A stretch of DNA of 30,206 nucleotides from a bacterium (GCA_046485285.1 JAWOHE010000082.1:1-30206); one strand, 5' to 3'; numbered from the stretch's first letter, positions 1 through 9,800 are shown. Notes: a model not told the origin generated them from the sequence alone. A program made the numbers and translations.

Positions 1-125
1 TTCTCGTTGATGCCCAGGTCCCGGGCCGCCTGAGCAACCGACACGCCGCCCTCGGTCGTCAGCCGGACCGCCTCACGCTTGAACTCGCGTGTGTAGCTCT
101 TGCGAGCTGGCTTCGCAGCTTCCAT
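1..125 (-). CDS. IS3-family transposase OrfA, N-terminal part (partial)
   Basis: Manual translation from ATG at 125: MEAAKPARKSYTREFKREAVRLTTEGGVSVAQAARDLGINE, the typical HTH_Tnp_1 pattern. RBS AGGAGGT at 131-137. Not in the ORF track. Confidence 0.9.
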   Translation of the reverse strand, partial: MEAAKPARKSYTREFKREAVRLTTEGGVSVAQAARDLGINE

Positions 126-189
126 TCGGTACCTCCTGTCTAACGTTACAGACGTTCATCCGCCTGTCCATCAGACCGGGTACACTCCA
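1..189 (-). mobile_element. Left end of an IS3-family insertion sequence (continues beyond window start)
   Basis: Minus strand begins TGGAGTGTACCCGGTCTGATGGACA at 189, an IS3-like 5'-TG terminal inverted repeat. An AGGAGGT RBS and an OrfA-type HTH reading frame follow. Confidence 0.85.
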
Positions 190-436
190 CAACCCGCCTA
201 ACTACAACTATCTCCGGTGGGGGCACAGCTCACAAAGCGACCCCAAGATTCCAATCGATACGGCAACGGTCTACTCGTTCAAGGCGAAGGCCTACGCGGG
301 AGGACAGTGGAGATGGTCGGAATGGTCCAGTGGCGCGGACTACGTGCACCCCACTACTTGGATCACCGTCGAACTGGCCCTGACGCGAACCACTGACCCG
401 GGTGACCCGCCTGATTACGGTGGCGGCAGCAAGTAG
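190..436 (+). pseudogene. 3' remnant of a hypothetical gene interrupted by the IS3 element
   Basis: Open, protein-like frame NPPNYNYLRWG...YSFKAKAYAGGQWRWSEWS...DYGGGSK* starts right at the IS boundary. The ORF-track start at 89 lies inside the IS. Confidence 0.55.
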
Positions 437-479
437 CGAAACGAACTGCCCCTCAAGAGATGACAGCTCAACAGCGGCT

Positions 480-517
480 GACAGCGCGGGCGGGGCAGTC
501 TCCCCGCCCGCGCTGTC
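480..517 (+). terminator. Perfect 16-bp GC hairpin; terminator-like or mRNA-stabilising
   Basis: GACAGCGCGGGCGGGG-cagtct-CCCCGCCCGCGCTGTC; no U-tract. Confidence 0.5.
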
Positions 518-607
518 CCACAGTGAATGTGCCCGAGCCCTTGGCCGTGAGCTGAAGAATGCTGATATGTTCCGTATTCTGCCAAACTGGAACAGAAGGG
601 GGTCCAT

Positions 608-3088
608 ATGTGGTCACCGCGTGACGTTACGCTACACCCGACCGGGTCGGGGTGGCTTGCGACCTGCTGCTTGGCCGTGATGCTTCTGCTCGCGTCACCG
701 GCTCCAGGGCAGCGGTACGAGACGACCATCCCACTTCCCGACCCCCTGAGCGGCATCGGCCATCCCCGTCACCTCAGCTACAATGAGACCAGCGACCGGA
801 TGTATGTCGCGGGCTGGGAGTCTGGCGGAGTTGTTGCCTTCGACGGGACGTCACATCGGAAGGTCGGCCACTGGGATACCGGATACCGGGTTGCGGACAT
901 GGTGTGGGGCCGGACCCACAATCGAGTCTATACTGCGGATTATGCGGGCAACACGGTGACAGTCGCCGACGGCCAGACCGGCCACATCGTCGCCACAATC
1001 TCCGGTTCGTTGGAGCATCCTTACTCATTGATGCTGGACGAATCGCGCAACAAGATGTACGTGGCCTGCGACTACTACATCGCGGTGGTCAGCCTTGCCA
1101 CCAATGCCGTCACGAAAACGATTCCCATCCCCGACTTGCCGATGAGGATGATGCCGGACTCAGCACGCAATCGCTACATCGTCGCGGGCTTTCGCGATTC
1201 TCTCTACCTCGTGGATGCGGATGCCGATACGGTCACTAGAGTCATCCCATTGCCGCCTCTTCGCTATCAGGGTCTGCTGGCTCTGAACACCAGGGACGAC
1301 AAACTCTACTGCACGGGGGCACTCTCGGAGTGGGTTGCCGTGGTGGACCTTGCTACCGGTAGCATGGTGGACTCGGTGGCCGTACCATACGACCCCAACG
1401 ACATCGTCTGGAACGTCAGGGAGAACCTGTTGTATGTTGCCTCTCACGACCCCGGCCTGACCGTCATTGACTGCGAAGGAGACAGTGTTCTGGCAGCACT
1501 GAACATCTTCTCCGCCTCCGACATCGAACTCGACACCACACGCAACCGGCTCTACGTCTGCTCAAGCCCGCCCGGGGAGAGCACGCAGGCCACCGCCTTG
1601 GTCGTGGTGGACTGCGGCTCTCAGGCCATAATCGCAGTCATCCGCGCAGGCTACGCGCTGAGCCAGGTGCGCTGGATTCCGGGCAACGATGTTGTCTACA
1701 TCACAGACGGAGAGCGGCGAGAAGTCATGGTGTACAATTGCGCAACCCTGACGGAACTGGCCCGCAGCGAGGTGGGCACGAAGCCCGCCGGGGTGGCCTG
1801 GAACTCGATCAACCGCCAGCTCTACACCGCCAACGCCCGTTCATCCTGCATTTCTGTGATAGACGGCAACACTCTGGTCGTTGCTGACACAATTGGCGTG
1901 AGCCAGGGTCCCCATGACCTGTGCTGGGTCCCAGAGAACAACAAGCTATACTGCACTACTCAGCGCGATCTCGACATCTGGATTATAGACGGCAACACCA
2001 ACGAACCGGTCGCCCGCCTGCCGGGACGCGACCTGTACAATCACATGGCATTCAGCCGCACGAGCAACAAGCTGTATTGCTCCCACTATACGTCATTTAT
2101 GCAGGACTCGGGTCTGGTCACCGTGGTTGACGGCACTACGAATGAGATTGTGGCTACGATTACGACCGGGCCGAGCACGACCAGGCTATTCTGGTACGCG
2201 GACAGTAACTGGATGTACTGCACACGCTACCGGTCTATCGCGGTCATTGACTGCGAGACCGACAGGGTGATGACCACCATTACCGATGTGCGCGGGCCGA
2301 CTGAGATGGTCTTCAATCCGACGAACAACTCCATCTACTGCGCCAGCGCAGACGGGCTTCTTATCATAGACGCGCCCACGAGGTGGATTCGGAAACGGCT
2401 GTACATGGAGATGGTCTACCCGATAGCGTGGAACAGCCGCAGGAACGTCGTCTACGTCAGCGCGGCTGGGTCCGGCGAACTCTCGGTCATTGACTGCGCG
2501 ACCGACAGTGTCGTCGCCGTCACCAGGTACGAGCCCGAAGGCTATCCGGTCGGCATCCTGTGGAACCACCTGAACGATAAGGTGTACCTGCTACTCGGTT
2601 CATGGGAGAACACGCTGGTCGTGTTTGATGCCGGCACCAATCAGGTTGTTGACATGCTCACGATGCGCGGCTGGCCGTCGGGGATAGCATGGGACCCGAT
2701 GATCAATCGCACCTTCGTGTCGAACTGGGAAGGGTCCAGCGTGTCGGTGTTGCGTGACGACCTGCCCGGAGTAGGGGAAGCAGGCGGTGTCGCAGCCCGG
2801 GCGCGTCCGGCCGGCCCGACGATCGTCCGCGGCGTCCTCGCCCTGCCGCGGGACATGAGTCTTGGGACACGATCCGTTTCGCATCCGATGCGAGAGCCCG
2901 CATTGCCCGAGCGCAATTCGGTCTTGTCCCGCGCCGCGCTGCTCGACATCTCCGGCCGGAAGGTGATGGAGCTGACTCCCGGTGATAACGATATCCGCCA
3001 CCTTGCGCCCGGAGTCTACTTCGTACGCCAAGCGTCAGGCGTTGTGCGTGATGCGTCCAGCGTCCACAAGGTCATAATCCAGCGGTAA
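608..3088 (+). CDS. Secreted YVTN/YncE-family multi-beta-propeller protein with a C-terminal sorting-like domain
   Basis: Signal peptide (CCLAVMLLLASPAPG). Many ~42-aa repeats of type WNxxxNKLY...SVIDxxTxxVVATI. Tail LLDISGRKVMEL...PGVYFV...KVIIQR. Confidence 0.85.
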   Translation: MWSPRDVTLHPTGSGWLATCCLAVMLLLASPAPGQRYETTIPLPDPLSGIGHPRHLSYNETSDRMYVAGWESGGVVAFDGTSHRKVGHWDTGYRVADMVWGRTHNRVYTADYAGNTVTVADGQTGHIVATISGSLEHPYSLMLDESRNKMYVACDYYIAVVSLATNAVTKTIPIPDLPMRMMPDSARNRYIVAGFRDSLYLVDADADTVTRVIPLPPLRYQGLLALNTRDDKLYCTGALSEWVAVVDLATGSMVDSVAVPYDPNDIVWNVRENLLYVASHDPGLTVIDCEGDSVLAALNIFSASDIELDTTRNRLYVCSSPPGESTQATALVVVDCGSQAIIAVIRAGYALSQVRWIPGNDVVYITDGERREVMVYNCATLTELARSEVGTKPAGVAWNSINRQLYTANARSSCISVIDGNTLVVADTIGVSQGPHDLCWVPENNKLYCTTQRDLDIWIIDGNTNEPVARLPGRDLYNHMAFSRTSNKLYCSHYTSFMQDSGLVTVVDGTTNEIVATITTGPSTTRLFWYADSNWMYCTRYRSIAVIDCETDRVMTTITDVRGPTEMVFNPTNNSIYCASADGLLIIDAPTRWIRKRLYMEMVYPIAWNSRRNVVYVSAAGSGELSVIDCATDSVVAVTRYEPEGYPVGILWNHLNDKVYLLLGSWENTLVVFDAGTNQVVDMLTMRGWPSGIAWDPMINRTFVSNWEGSSVSVLRDDLPGVGEAGGVAARARPAGPTIVRGVLALPRDMSLGTRSVSHPMREPALPERNSVLSRAALLDISGRKVMELTPGDNDIRHLAPGVYFVRQASGVVRDASSVHKVIIQR
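2847..2933. repeat. Composite palindromic element (GGGACA...TGTCCC family) within the coding tail
   Basis: CGCGGGACATGA...TCTTGTCCCGCG outer arms, an internal GGGACACGATCC (2864) and inner hairpins TCGCATC/GATGCGA and ATTGC/GCAAT. Shares its ends with 22224-22266. Confidence 0.7.
3032..3066 (+). repeat. Heptamer tandem repeat (GCGTNNN)x5 in the coding tail
   Basis: gcgtcag gcgttgt gcgtgat gcgtcca gcgtcca. Confidence 0.65.
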
Positions 3089-3113
3089 AGAATCCCGGGA
3101 CAGTAGACTCCCT

Positions 3114-3214
3114 CCTCACCCCAATCCTCTCCTCAGCGAGGAGAGGGGGACGGAATCGGCGTGAATCGGCCTGTCTGCGTGCGGTCACGCACAGGCAGGC
3201 GTCTATCGGCGGTT
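3114..3214. repeat. Intergenic cluster of REP-like palindromic elements
   Basis: CCTCACCCCAATCCTCTCCTC-agc-GAGGAGAGGGG (3114-3148). The hairpin CCTGTCTGCGTG-cggt-CACGCACAGGCAGG (3170-3199) is embedded between AATCGGCGTGAATCGG and CGTCTATCGGCGGTT. Confidence 0.65.
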
Positions 3215-3240
3215 ACTTCCGGTCCGGGTTTCCCGACCGG

Positions 3241-4074
3241 TCAGTCGAGGTCCTGGAGAAGTTGGTCGAGCAGGGCCTTCGCGTCCGCGGGCCGGTCGCG
3301 TTCGGGTATCGGCAGGGCCGGGCGCTTTGAGTGGTAGATGACGCCGAGCGGGATGGTATCACCCCATTCCCGGGCAAGTTTGAACGCCGCGGCCCGGTCT
3401 CCGGGGTCGTGCTCACCCTCGGCCAGCACCCGCGCCCGGTCCCGGTACCATTGCGCGGTATTGACCTTATTGAAGCTGACGCAGTTCTGGAGTATCTCGA
3501 CCAGCGCGAAGCCGGGATGCCGCACCGCCTCGGCAATCACCCCGGCGAGATGGCCGGGGTTGCCGCAGAAGCCCCGGCCCACGAACCCGGCGTCGAGCGC
3601 GACCGCCAGCGCGAGCGGGTTGAACGCGGGCGCGACCGAGCCGAAGGGCGTGGTCGCGGTCTTCATGCCCTTGTCGCTGGTCGGCGAGGCCTGGCCCTTG
3701 GTCAGGCCGTAGACTTGGTTGTCGTGGACGAGGTAGGTGATGTCGAGGTTGCGGCGCAGGGCGTGGAAGAAGTGGTTGCCGCCTTCGGCGTAGCCGTCGC
3801 CGTCGCCGCCTTCGCAGATGACGGTGAGGTCGGGCCGGGTGAGCTTGAGCCCGGTCGCGACCGGCAGGGTCCGGCCGTGGAGCCCGTTGAACAGGTTACA
3901 GCGGATGTAGTGCGGGGCCTTGGCGGCCTGGCCGATGCCGGAGACGAAGGCGAGCTGGTGCGGCTCGAGCCCGAGTTGCTCCAGCGCCTCTTTCACGCCC
4001 TCGCGGATGCCGAAGTTGCCGCAGCCCGGGCACCAGGCCGGCGGGTCGTTCGAGTTCCAGTCCTTCGCCCGCAC
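3241..4074 (-). CDS. korB: 2-oxoacid:ferredoxin oxidoreductase beta subunit (TPP-binding)
   Basis: WCPGCGNFG, SGIGQAAK, LHGRTLP, GGDGDGYAEGG and DNQVYGLTKGQASPT motifs. The likely GTG start at 4074 overlaps the upstream TAG. Confidence 0.9.
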   Translation of the reverse strand: MRAKDWNSNDPPAWCPGCGNFGIREGVKEALEQLGLEPHQLAFVSGIGQAAKAPHYIRCNLFNGLHGRTLPVATGLKLTRPDLTVICEGGDGDGYAEGGNHFFHALRRNLDITYLVHDNQVYGLTKGQASPTSDKGMKTATTPFGSVAPAFNPLALAVALDAGFVGRGFCGNPGHLAGVIAEAVRHPGFALVEILQNCVSFNKVNTAQWYRDRARVLAEGEHDPGDRAAAFKLAREWGDTIPLGVIYHSKRPALPIPERDRPADAKALLDQLLQDLD

Positions 4075-4892
4075 TAGTCCTCCCGCAACCGGCGCTCGAG
4101 CGCCCCGCGCAGTTCCTCGACCCGGAACTGCCGCCCGTCGAACCGCAGTTCCGACGCCCGCACCCGGAGCCCGCATTCCTGCGCCAGCGACTGCCCGAGC
4201 TGGGCGGTGGCGTTGCCTTCAACCGTGAACACCCGACGGCTGCGCCGGCCGAACTCGAGCGCGGCCGCGGCCGGGAACGGCCAGGCCTCGCTGAAATGCA
4301 TCATCGCCACCGAATGGCCGGCCCGGCGCAGGCGGGCGACCGCCTCCGCCACGATGCCCCGGGCCGAGCCGAAGCAGGCGACGAGCGAGTCCGCGTCCTC
4401 GTCCGGCCACCGCTCCGGCGGCGCGATTTCCTCCGCCAGTCCGGCGGCCTTGCGCGCCCGCTTCTCGACCATCGCGTTGCGCACCTCGGCCGACTCGGTG
4501 ATGTGGCCTTCCTCGGTGTGCTCGTCGGAATCGACATAGACCAGCTCGCCGGGCGTGCCGGGCAGGATGCGCGGTGAGATGCCGCTGTCGGTCACCCGGT
4601 ACCGCCGGTACTCGCCGGCCGGCCCGTCATATGGGTCCGGCCCGGGCGCGGCCTCGAACTCGAACCCGCCGATGGTCCAGCGCGCGTCGGCCAGCCACTG
4701 GTCAAAGAGCAGGATGACCGGGAGCTGGTACCGCTCCGCCAGCCGCACCGCCTTCGTCGCGGCCCGGAACGCGCCCGCCCCGTCCGCCGGACAGAGCACC
4801 GCCCGGGAAAACTCGCCGTGGCCGCAGGACAGCGAGAAAAGCAGGTCCGCCTGCGCGGTGCGGGTCGCCAGCCCGGTGGCAGGGCCGGGCCG
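4074..4892 (-). pseudogene. korA: 5'-truncated 2-oxoacid:ferredoxin oxidoreductase alpha subunit (C-terminal half only)
   Basis: RPGPATGLATRTAQADL, GHGEF, DSDEHTEEGHITES and VEGNATAQL match KorA/PorA. Similarity stops at RPGPATG; there is no start codon or N-terminal half. Confidence 0.8.
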
Positions 4893-4994
4893 ATCGTGAT
4901 GAACACGCGCGAAGAACTTGCCCGGGCGTTCAGCGAGCTCGAGAGCGGTAGTTTCCTGAGCCACGGCCGCGCGCCGGCCGGTCCGCGGCCCTAG
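4887..4994 (+). pseudogene. 3' stub of a pirin-family gene
   Basis: Manual translation GPIVMNTREELARAFSELESGSFLSHGRAPAGPRP*. GP(I/F)VMNTxEE is the conserved pirin C-terminal motif. Confidence 0.75.
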
Positions 4995-5782
4995 GGTCGA
5001 AAGTACAGGTCGGTTCGGCGGTCGTCGAGGAGGTGGTTGCGGCGGGTGACCTGCTTGTCGAGCGCCTCGGCCGGGTCGATGTCCACGACCCGCAGTTCTT
5101 CGGTCTCCGCCCCGGCCCGGACGAGGACCCGGCCGCCGGGGGCGACTACCTGGCTCTCGCCGATGAAGCTGAGTTCCTTGTCGCCGGCGCGTTCGGTGCC
5201 GGTCCGGTTGGCAAGTACCCAGAAGACGCGATTTTCGATGCACCGGCAGGCGGTGGTGGCGTGGGCGTAGCGGAGGACGAGGTTGGAGGGGTGGCAGATG
5301 ACCTGCGCGCCTTTGAGCGCGAGCGCGCGCGCGGCCTCGGGGTAGAAGTGGTCGAAGCAGACCAAGAGGCCGAGTTTGACCCCCCGGTACTCGAAGACCG
5401 GGAAGGGCAGGTCGCCGGGCGAGAACAGGTCTTTTTCGTCGAGGAACAGGTGGGCCTTGCGGTAGGTGTGGCAGTCGCCTTCGGGCGTGACGAGCACCGC
5501 GGAGTTGTAGAGCCGGTCGCCCGCGCGCTCGGCGAGCCCGACGACGACCGCGAGCCCGCGGCGGCGGCAGAGCCGGGTCAGCGTCCGGCAGGTCGGGCCG
5601 TCCGGGATGGGTTCGGCGCAGGCGGCGAGCCCGGACCGGGATTCGAACAGGTAGCCGCTGACGGCGAGTTCGGGCAGGACGATGAGGTCGGCCTCGGCGT
5701 TCTCGAGCGCGGCTTCGATCCGGCCGAGGTTGCGGTCGCGGTCGCCCCGGTCCGGCGCGAACTGGAAGTAGCCGACGCGCAT
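4991..5782 (-). CDS. Carbon-nitrogen hydrolase (nitrilase superfamily)
   Basis: Catalytic triad contexts VLPEL, YRKAHL and VCFD. Likely start MRVGYFQF at 5782, directly after the YitT stop. Confidence 0.9.
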   Translation of the reverse strand: MRVGYFQFAPDRGDRDRNLGRIEAALENAEADLIVLPELAVSGYLFESRSGLAACAEPIPDGPTCRTLTRLCRRRGLAVVVGLAERAGDRLYNSAVLVTPEGDCHTYRKAHLFLDEKDLFSPGDLPFPVFEYRGVKLGLLVCFDHFYPEAARALALKGAQVICHPSNLVLRYAHATTACRCIENRVFWVLANRTGTERAGDKELSFIGESQVVAPGGRVLVRAGAETEELRVVDIDPAEALDKQVTRRNHLLDDRRTDLYFRP

Positions 5783-5783
5783 C

Positions 5784-6629
5784 TCAGGTCCGGGGACGGA
5801 AGCCCTCGCCGAGGACCTCGTAGACGTCGGTGATGATGACGAAGGCCGCGGGGTCGAGCTCACGCACGAGCTCCCGGGCGCGGAGGACCTCGCGCTTGCT
5901 CATCACGGTGAAGATGACCTGGCGCGGCCGGCCGGTGTGGCCACCGTGGGCGTCGAGCAGGGTGACGCCCCGGTTCATCGTGCCGGTGATCCGGGCGGAG
6001 ATGGCCGGGGCGGCGTCGGAGATGATGAACATCGCCCGGGTGTAGCTCAGGCCTTCGAGGACGAGGTCGATGGCGCGGCTCTGGAGGTAGAGGTTGAGGA
6101 AGCCGTAGAGCGCGAGTTCGAAGCTGCCGAAGGCGAGCCCGGCGCCGGAGATGACGACCGCGTCGACGAGCAGGATGGCGCTGCCGGTCGAGAGGTCGGA
6201 GTGGGTGGCGATGACCTGACCGATGATGTCCGAGCCGCCGGTCGAGCCGCCGCCCCGGAAGACCAGGCCCAGCCCGGCGCCGAGCAGGAGACCGCCGAAG
6301 ACGCAGGCGAGGATGGGGTTGGTGGTGGCGGGTCCGACCGGCAGGGCGTAGTGAACCAGGTCGATTACCCCGGAGGAAACCACGATGCCGAGCACCGATT
6401 TGAGGCCGTAGGTCTTCCCCAGCACCCGGACGCCGATGATGAAGAGCGGGACATTCAGGACCAGGATGACCAGCCCGACCGGGGTATGGAAGAAGTGGTT
6501 GAGGACCATCGCCAGACCGCCGACGCCGCCCGGGACGATCTTGTGGGGGATGAGGAAGAGCGAGTACGCCAGCGCCATCACCACCGAGCCGGCGAAGATG
6601 AGCAGGAGGCTGCCGATGAGGCCGCGCAT
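5784..6629 (-). CDS. YitT-family membrane protein (DUF161 + DUF2179)
   Basis: PGGVGGL, LNVPLF, GGSTGGSDII, RGVT and DPAAFVIITDVYEVLGEGF motifs; multiple hydrophobic helices. Confidence 0.9.
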   Translation of the reverse strand: MRGLIGSLLLIFAGSVVMALAYSLFLIPHKIVPGGVGGLAMVLNHFFHTPVGLVILVLNVPLFIIGVRVLGKTYGLKSVLGIVVSSGVIDLVHYALPVGPATTNPILACVFGGLLLGAGLGLVFRGGGSTGGSDIIGQVIATHSDLSTGSAILLVDAVVISGAGLAFGSFELALYGFLNLYLQSRAIDLVLEGLSYTRAMFIISDAAPAISARITGTMNRGVTLLDAHGGHTGRPRQVIFTVMSKREVLRARELVRELDPAAFVIITDVYEVLGEGFRPRT

Positions 6630-6647
6630 ACGGGCTGGCACAGTCCC

Positions 6648-6676
6648 AGTGTAGCGACATGCGCCCGCCAAGTCAA
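6648..6676 (-). promoter_or_regulatory. Sigma70-type promoter for yitT
   Basis: Minus strand TTGACT-N17-TACACT, about 20 nt before ATG 6629. Confidence 0.6.
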
Positions 6677-6818
6677 TCTACCGCGACATCATCGCCCTAA
6701 GTACATTGTTGGTGGCAATATATCTTGCCTGTCGCAGTTGACCGGGTTGGTGTCGCACTTCGGGGTTGACTTGAACCGGCCGACCGATATAATGCGGCGT
6801 GGCAGAGCGTTTGTCGCA
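6654..6818. promoter_or_regulatory. Cluster of TGTCGC(A) motifs; putative operator half-sites
   Basis: TGTCGCA at 6730, 6751 and 6812; GCGACA at 6654 and 6683. The same motif recurs at 12142-12249. Confidence 0.55.
6766..6793 (+). promoter_or_regulatory. Sigma70-type promoter for the large regulator
   Basis: TTGACT-N16-TATAAT, with a GGAG RBS before ATG 6869. Confidence 0.7.
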
Positions 6819-6868
6819 CCGTCCGGGTCGCGCCCGGGCCGGGCGCGACGGGCCCGGCAGGAGCCGTA

Positions 6869-9800
6869 ATGCGTGAGCCACCCGGAATCGTGATGTCCGC
6901 CTCGCTGCCGGAGGGTTCGCTCGTATCCGACCGGTACGAGGTGATTTCCCTGCTTGGCGGCGGCACCGCGACCGAGGTCTACGAGGTGCGCGACATCATC
7001 GGGAACCGGACTCTCGCGATGAAGATGCTGAGGGAGGACGCCGATAAGGAGGCCGAGGTCCGTTTGTCGCGGGAGTTCTACCATTTGTCGCGGTTCTCCC
7101 ACGCGGGCATCATCCAGGCCATCGACTACGGGACGACACATGAGCACCGGCCGTATTTCGTGATGGAGTTTTTCCCGGGCAAGCCGCTTAATCGCCACTT
7201 CGCCAAGGGCTATGCGCCGGAGCTTGAGTCAGTTACGGTCCAGGTGCTCCGGGCGCTGGACAGCATTCACGCCCAGGGCCTGATTCACTGCGACTTGAAG
7301 CCGGAGAACGTCCTTGTCGCAGAGCTCGACGGCGAGCCGGTGGCCAAACTGCTCGATTTCGGCTTCGCTGAGCGGCTGACAATCGGCGAGGCGATTGAGC
7401 CGCGCGGCACACTGGGATATGTCGCACCTGAGGTGTTCAAGGGAGCGGATGCCGACGCCCGCGCGGACCTGTACTCGCTCGGGATGATTCTCTACGAGGT
7501 CGTCACCGGTACCGGCCCGTCGTCCGAGAAGAGCATCCGCGACTGGCTGAGGCGGCAGTACTTCTCCGAACTGCCGTCGCCGCGCAAGGCGAATCCCGAC
7601 ATCCCGGAGCGTTTCGAGGCGGTCCTGCTGTCACTGACCCACAAGAACCCGGACCGGCGGCCCCGTTCCGCCGCCGCGGTCATCCGCGCCCTGAACGGGT
7701 CGGAGGAGAGCCCTGAGCAGGCCGGGCCCCGCAAGTACCTGATGGCGCCGGCTTTCGTCGGCCGGGGCGAGTACCTGAGCGGGTTGCGGGACGCGCTGCG
7801 CGACGGCGCGCAGAGCCGGGCAAGGGTGGTCTGCGTGTCGGGCGAGCGGGGAGTGGGCAAGAGCCGGTTGATGTCGGAGTTCAAGTTCCTCGCCCAGCTC
7901 GAGGGCGCGACGATCTTCTCTTTCGAGCCCGGGTCGCTGGGCGCCCGGCCGCAGTCGCTGGTCGAGGCGCTCCTGGGATACCTCCGGGTCTACGCCCGGG
8001 CCGACCTGCCGAGTGACGACGAGGCGGAACGGGCCTCGGCCACCGGCGAGGGCAAGTACCGGCTGTTCGAGACGGTGACCCAGCGGCTGAAGGACCTGGC
8101 CGGGTCGCACCGCGTCAGCCACAGCCTGGTCATCATCGTCGACGACTTCGAGCTGTTCGACCCGACGAGCCTCGAGTTCCTGCGTTACCTCGGGTTCAGT
8201 CTCGACAAGGACCGCATCACCATCCTGGTCTGCGGGCTGAAGGAGCGCCGGTTCCTTGACCTCATCGCCGAGTTCGGCCGCACCGGGCACTCGGCGCACA
8301 TCTCACTGCCGACGATGACCGGCGAGGAGACCGCCGGGCTGGCGGCGTCGCTGTTGGGCGAGGTCAACGACTCGCCGGCGCTGGCGAAGTGGCTGGTCCA
8401 GGCGACCGGCGGCAACCCGCTGTTCGCGATCGAGACCGTCCACGCGCTGATCGACGGCCGGGTGCTCTTGTTCCGCAACGGCCGCTGGGTGCTGGAGCTC
8501 TCCTCGCTCGACGCCTACCGGCCGCCCGAGACGGTGACCGACGTGGTCCAGCGCCGGCTCGACAACCTGACCGCCGAGGAGCTCGAGGTGCTGAGAATCG
8601 GCGCGGCGTCGGGCGGGCCGTTCACGATCGAGTTTCTGCGGGCGGTGGTCGGCATCGACGAGCGGGTGCTGTTCAACGCCATCGGCCGGCTCAAGGCGCT
8701 TGGTCTCCTGCGGACTTTCGCGGCCGAGGGTGGCGCGGCGCTGGTGCTGTCGAGCAAGATCCTCGAGGCGGTCATCACCGGGCGGCTGAGCGTCGAGGAG
8801 CGGCGCGAGAATCACCGCCGGGTCGCGCTGGCCCTGGAGCTGCTCTACCCGGAGAAGCAGGACAAGCTGGTCTTCGACCTCGCCCACCACTACGCCCAGG
8901 CCGGAATCGCCGACCGCGCCTATGCCTGTTCGGTCCGGGCCGGCCGGCGCGCGCGCGACTACCAGCTTTCCGAGCAGGCGCTCGGGTTCTTCGAGACCGC
9001 GCTCGCGCTCTCCGCCGGGACGGCGCCGGTGCGGGAGCGGCTCGAGCTCATCGAGACGGTCGGCGAACTGCGCGAGGCGACCGGCAAGTACGCCGAGGCG
9101 ATAGACATCTACACCCAGGGGATGAGCCTGGTCGTCTCGGACCGCGAACTGCCAAGCCGCAAGGACCTGCTCGCCCGGCTCCTGCGCCGGCTCGGGCTGG
9201 TCCACCAGCGGCTCGGGCAGTCGGCCGAGGCGCTGAACTTCTTCAACCAGGCGCTGCTGATGCACCCGGACCGGGCATCGGTGGGCTACATCCAGTTGCT
9301 CGACGACCTCGGCTGGTCGTACTGCGCGGCGCAGGAGTTCAACCGGGCCGAGGACCTGCTGACCCAGGCGCTGCATCTCGCCGACCGGCTCAAGCCGACC
9401 GACGCGGAGGCCTACAACCGGATGTCGGCCCGCACGCTCTACTACTTCGGCGTGATGAGCTGGACGCGGCAGGACCACGTGCTGGCGCTCCAGCTCGCCG
9501 AGCGCAGTCTTGGCATCTACGAGAGCATCCGCGACGACCACAACGTCGGCAAGGTCAGCCAGTTCATCGCGACGCTGTGGTGGCGGCGGGGCGAGCTCGA
9601 CAAGGCCAAGGACTACTACCTGAAGTACCTGCCGGCCCAGCGCAAGGGCGCGGAGGTCTCGCTCCTGCTCCGGACGCTCCAGGGACTCGGGCTTATCAGC
9701 CAGGACGAGGGCGAGTGGGACCGGGCCTATGACTACCTTGACGAGGCGTTGAGAATCGCCCAGCGCATCGGCGACGCGCCGGCGACGATCGACCTCGAGA

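Noticed and set aside
725-1260. IPLPDP, IPIPD and IPLPP motifs in the propeller protein resembling the peptide core
   Set aside because: They fall at the usual TIP positions of YVTN blades and are too short to imply a link.
4893-5243. ORF-track N-terminus for KorA
   Set aside because: It runs through the nitrilase gene and the antisense pirin stub and has no KorA similarity.
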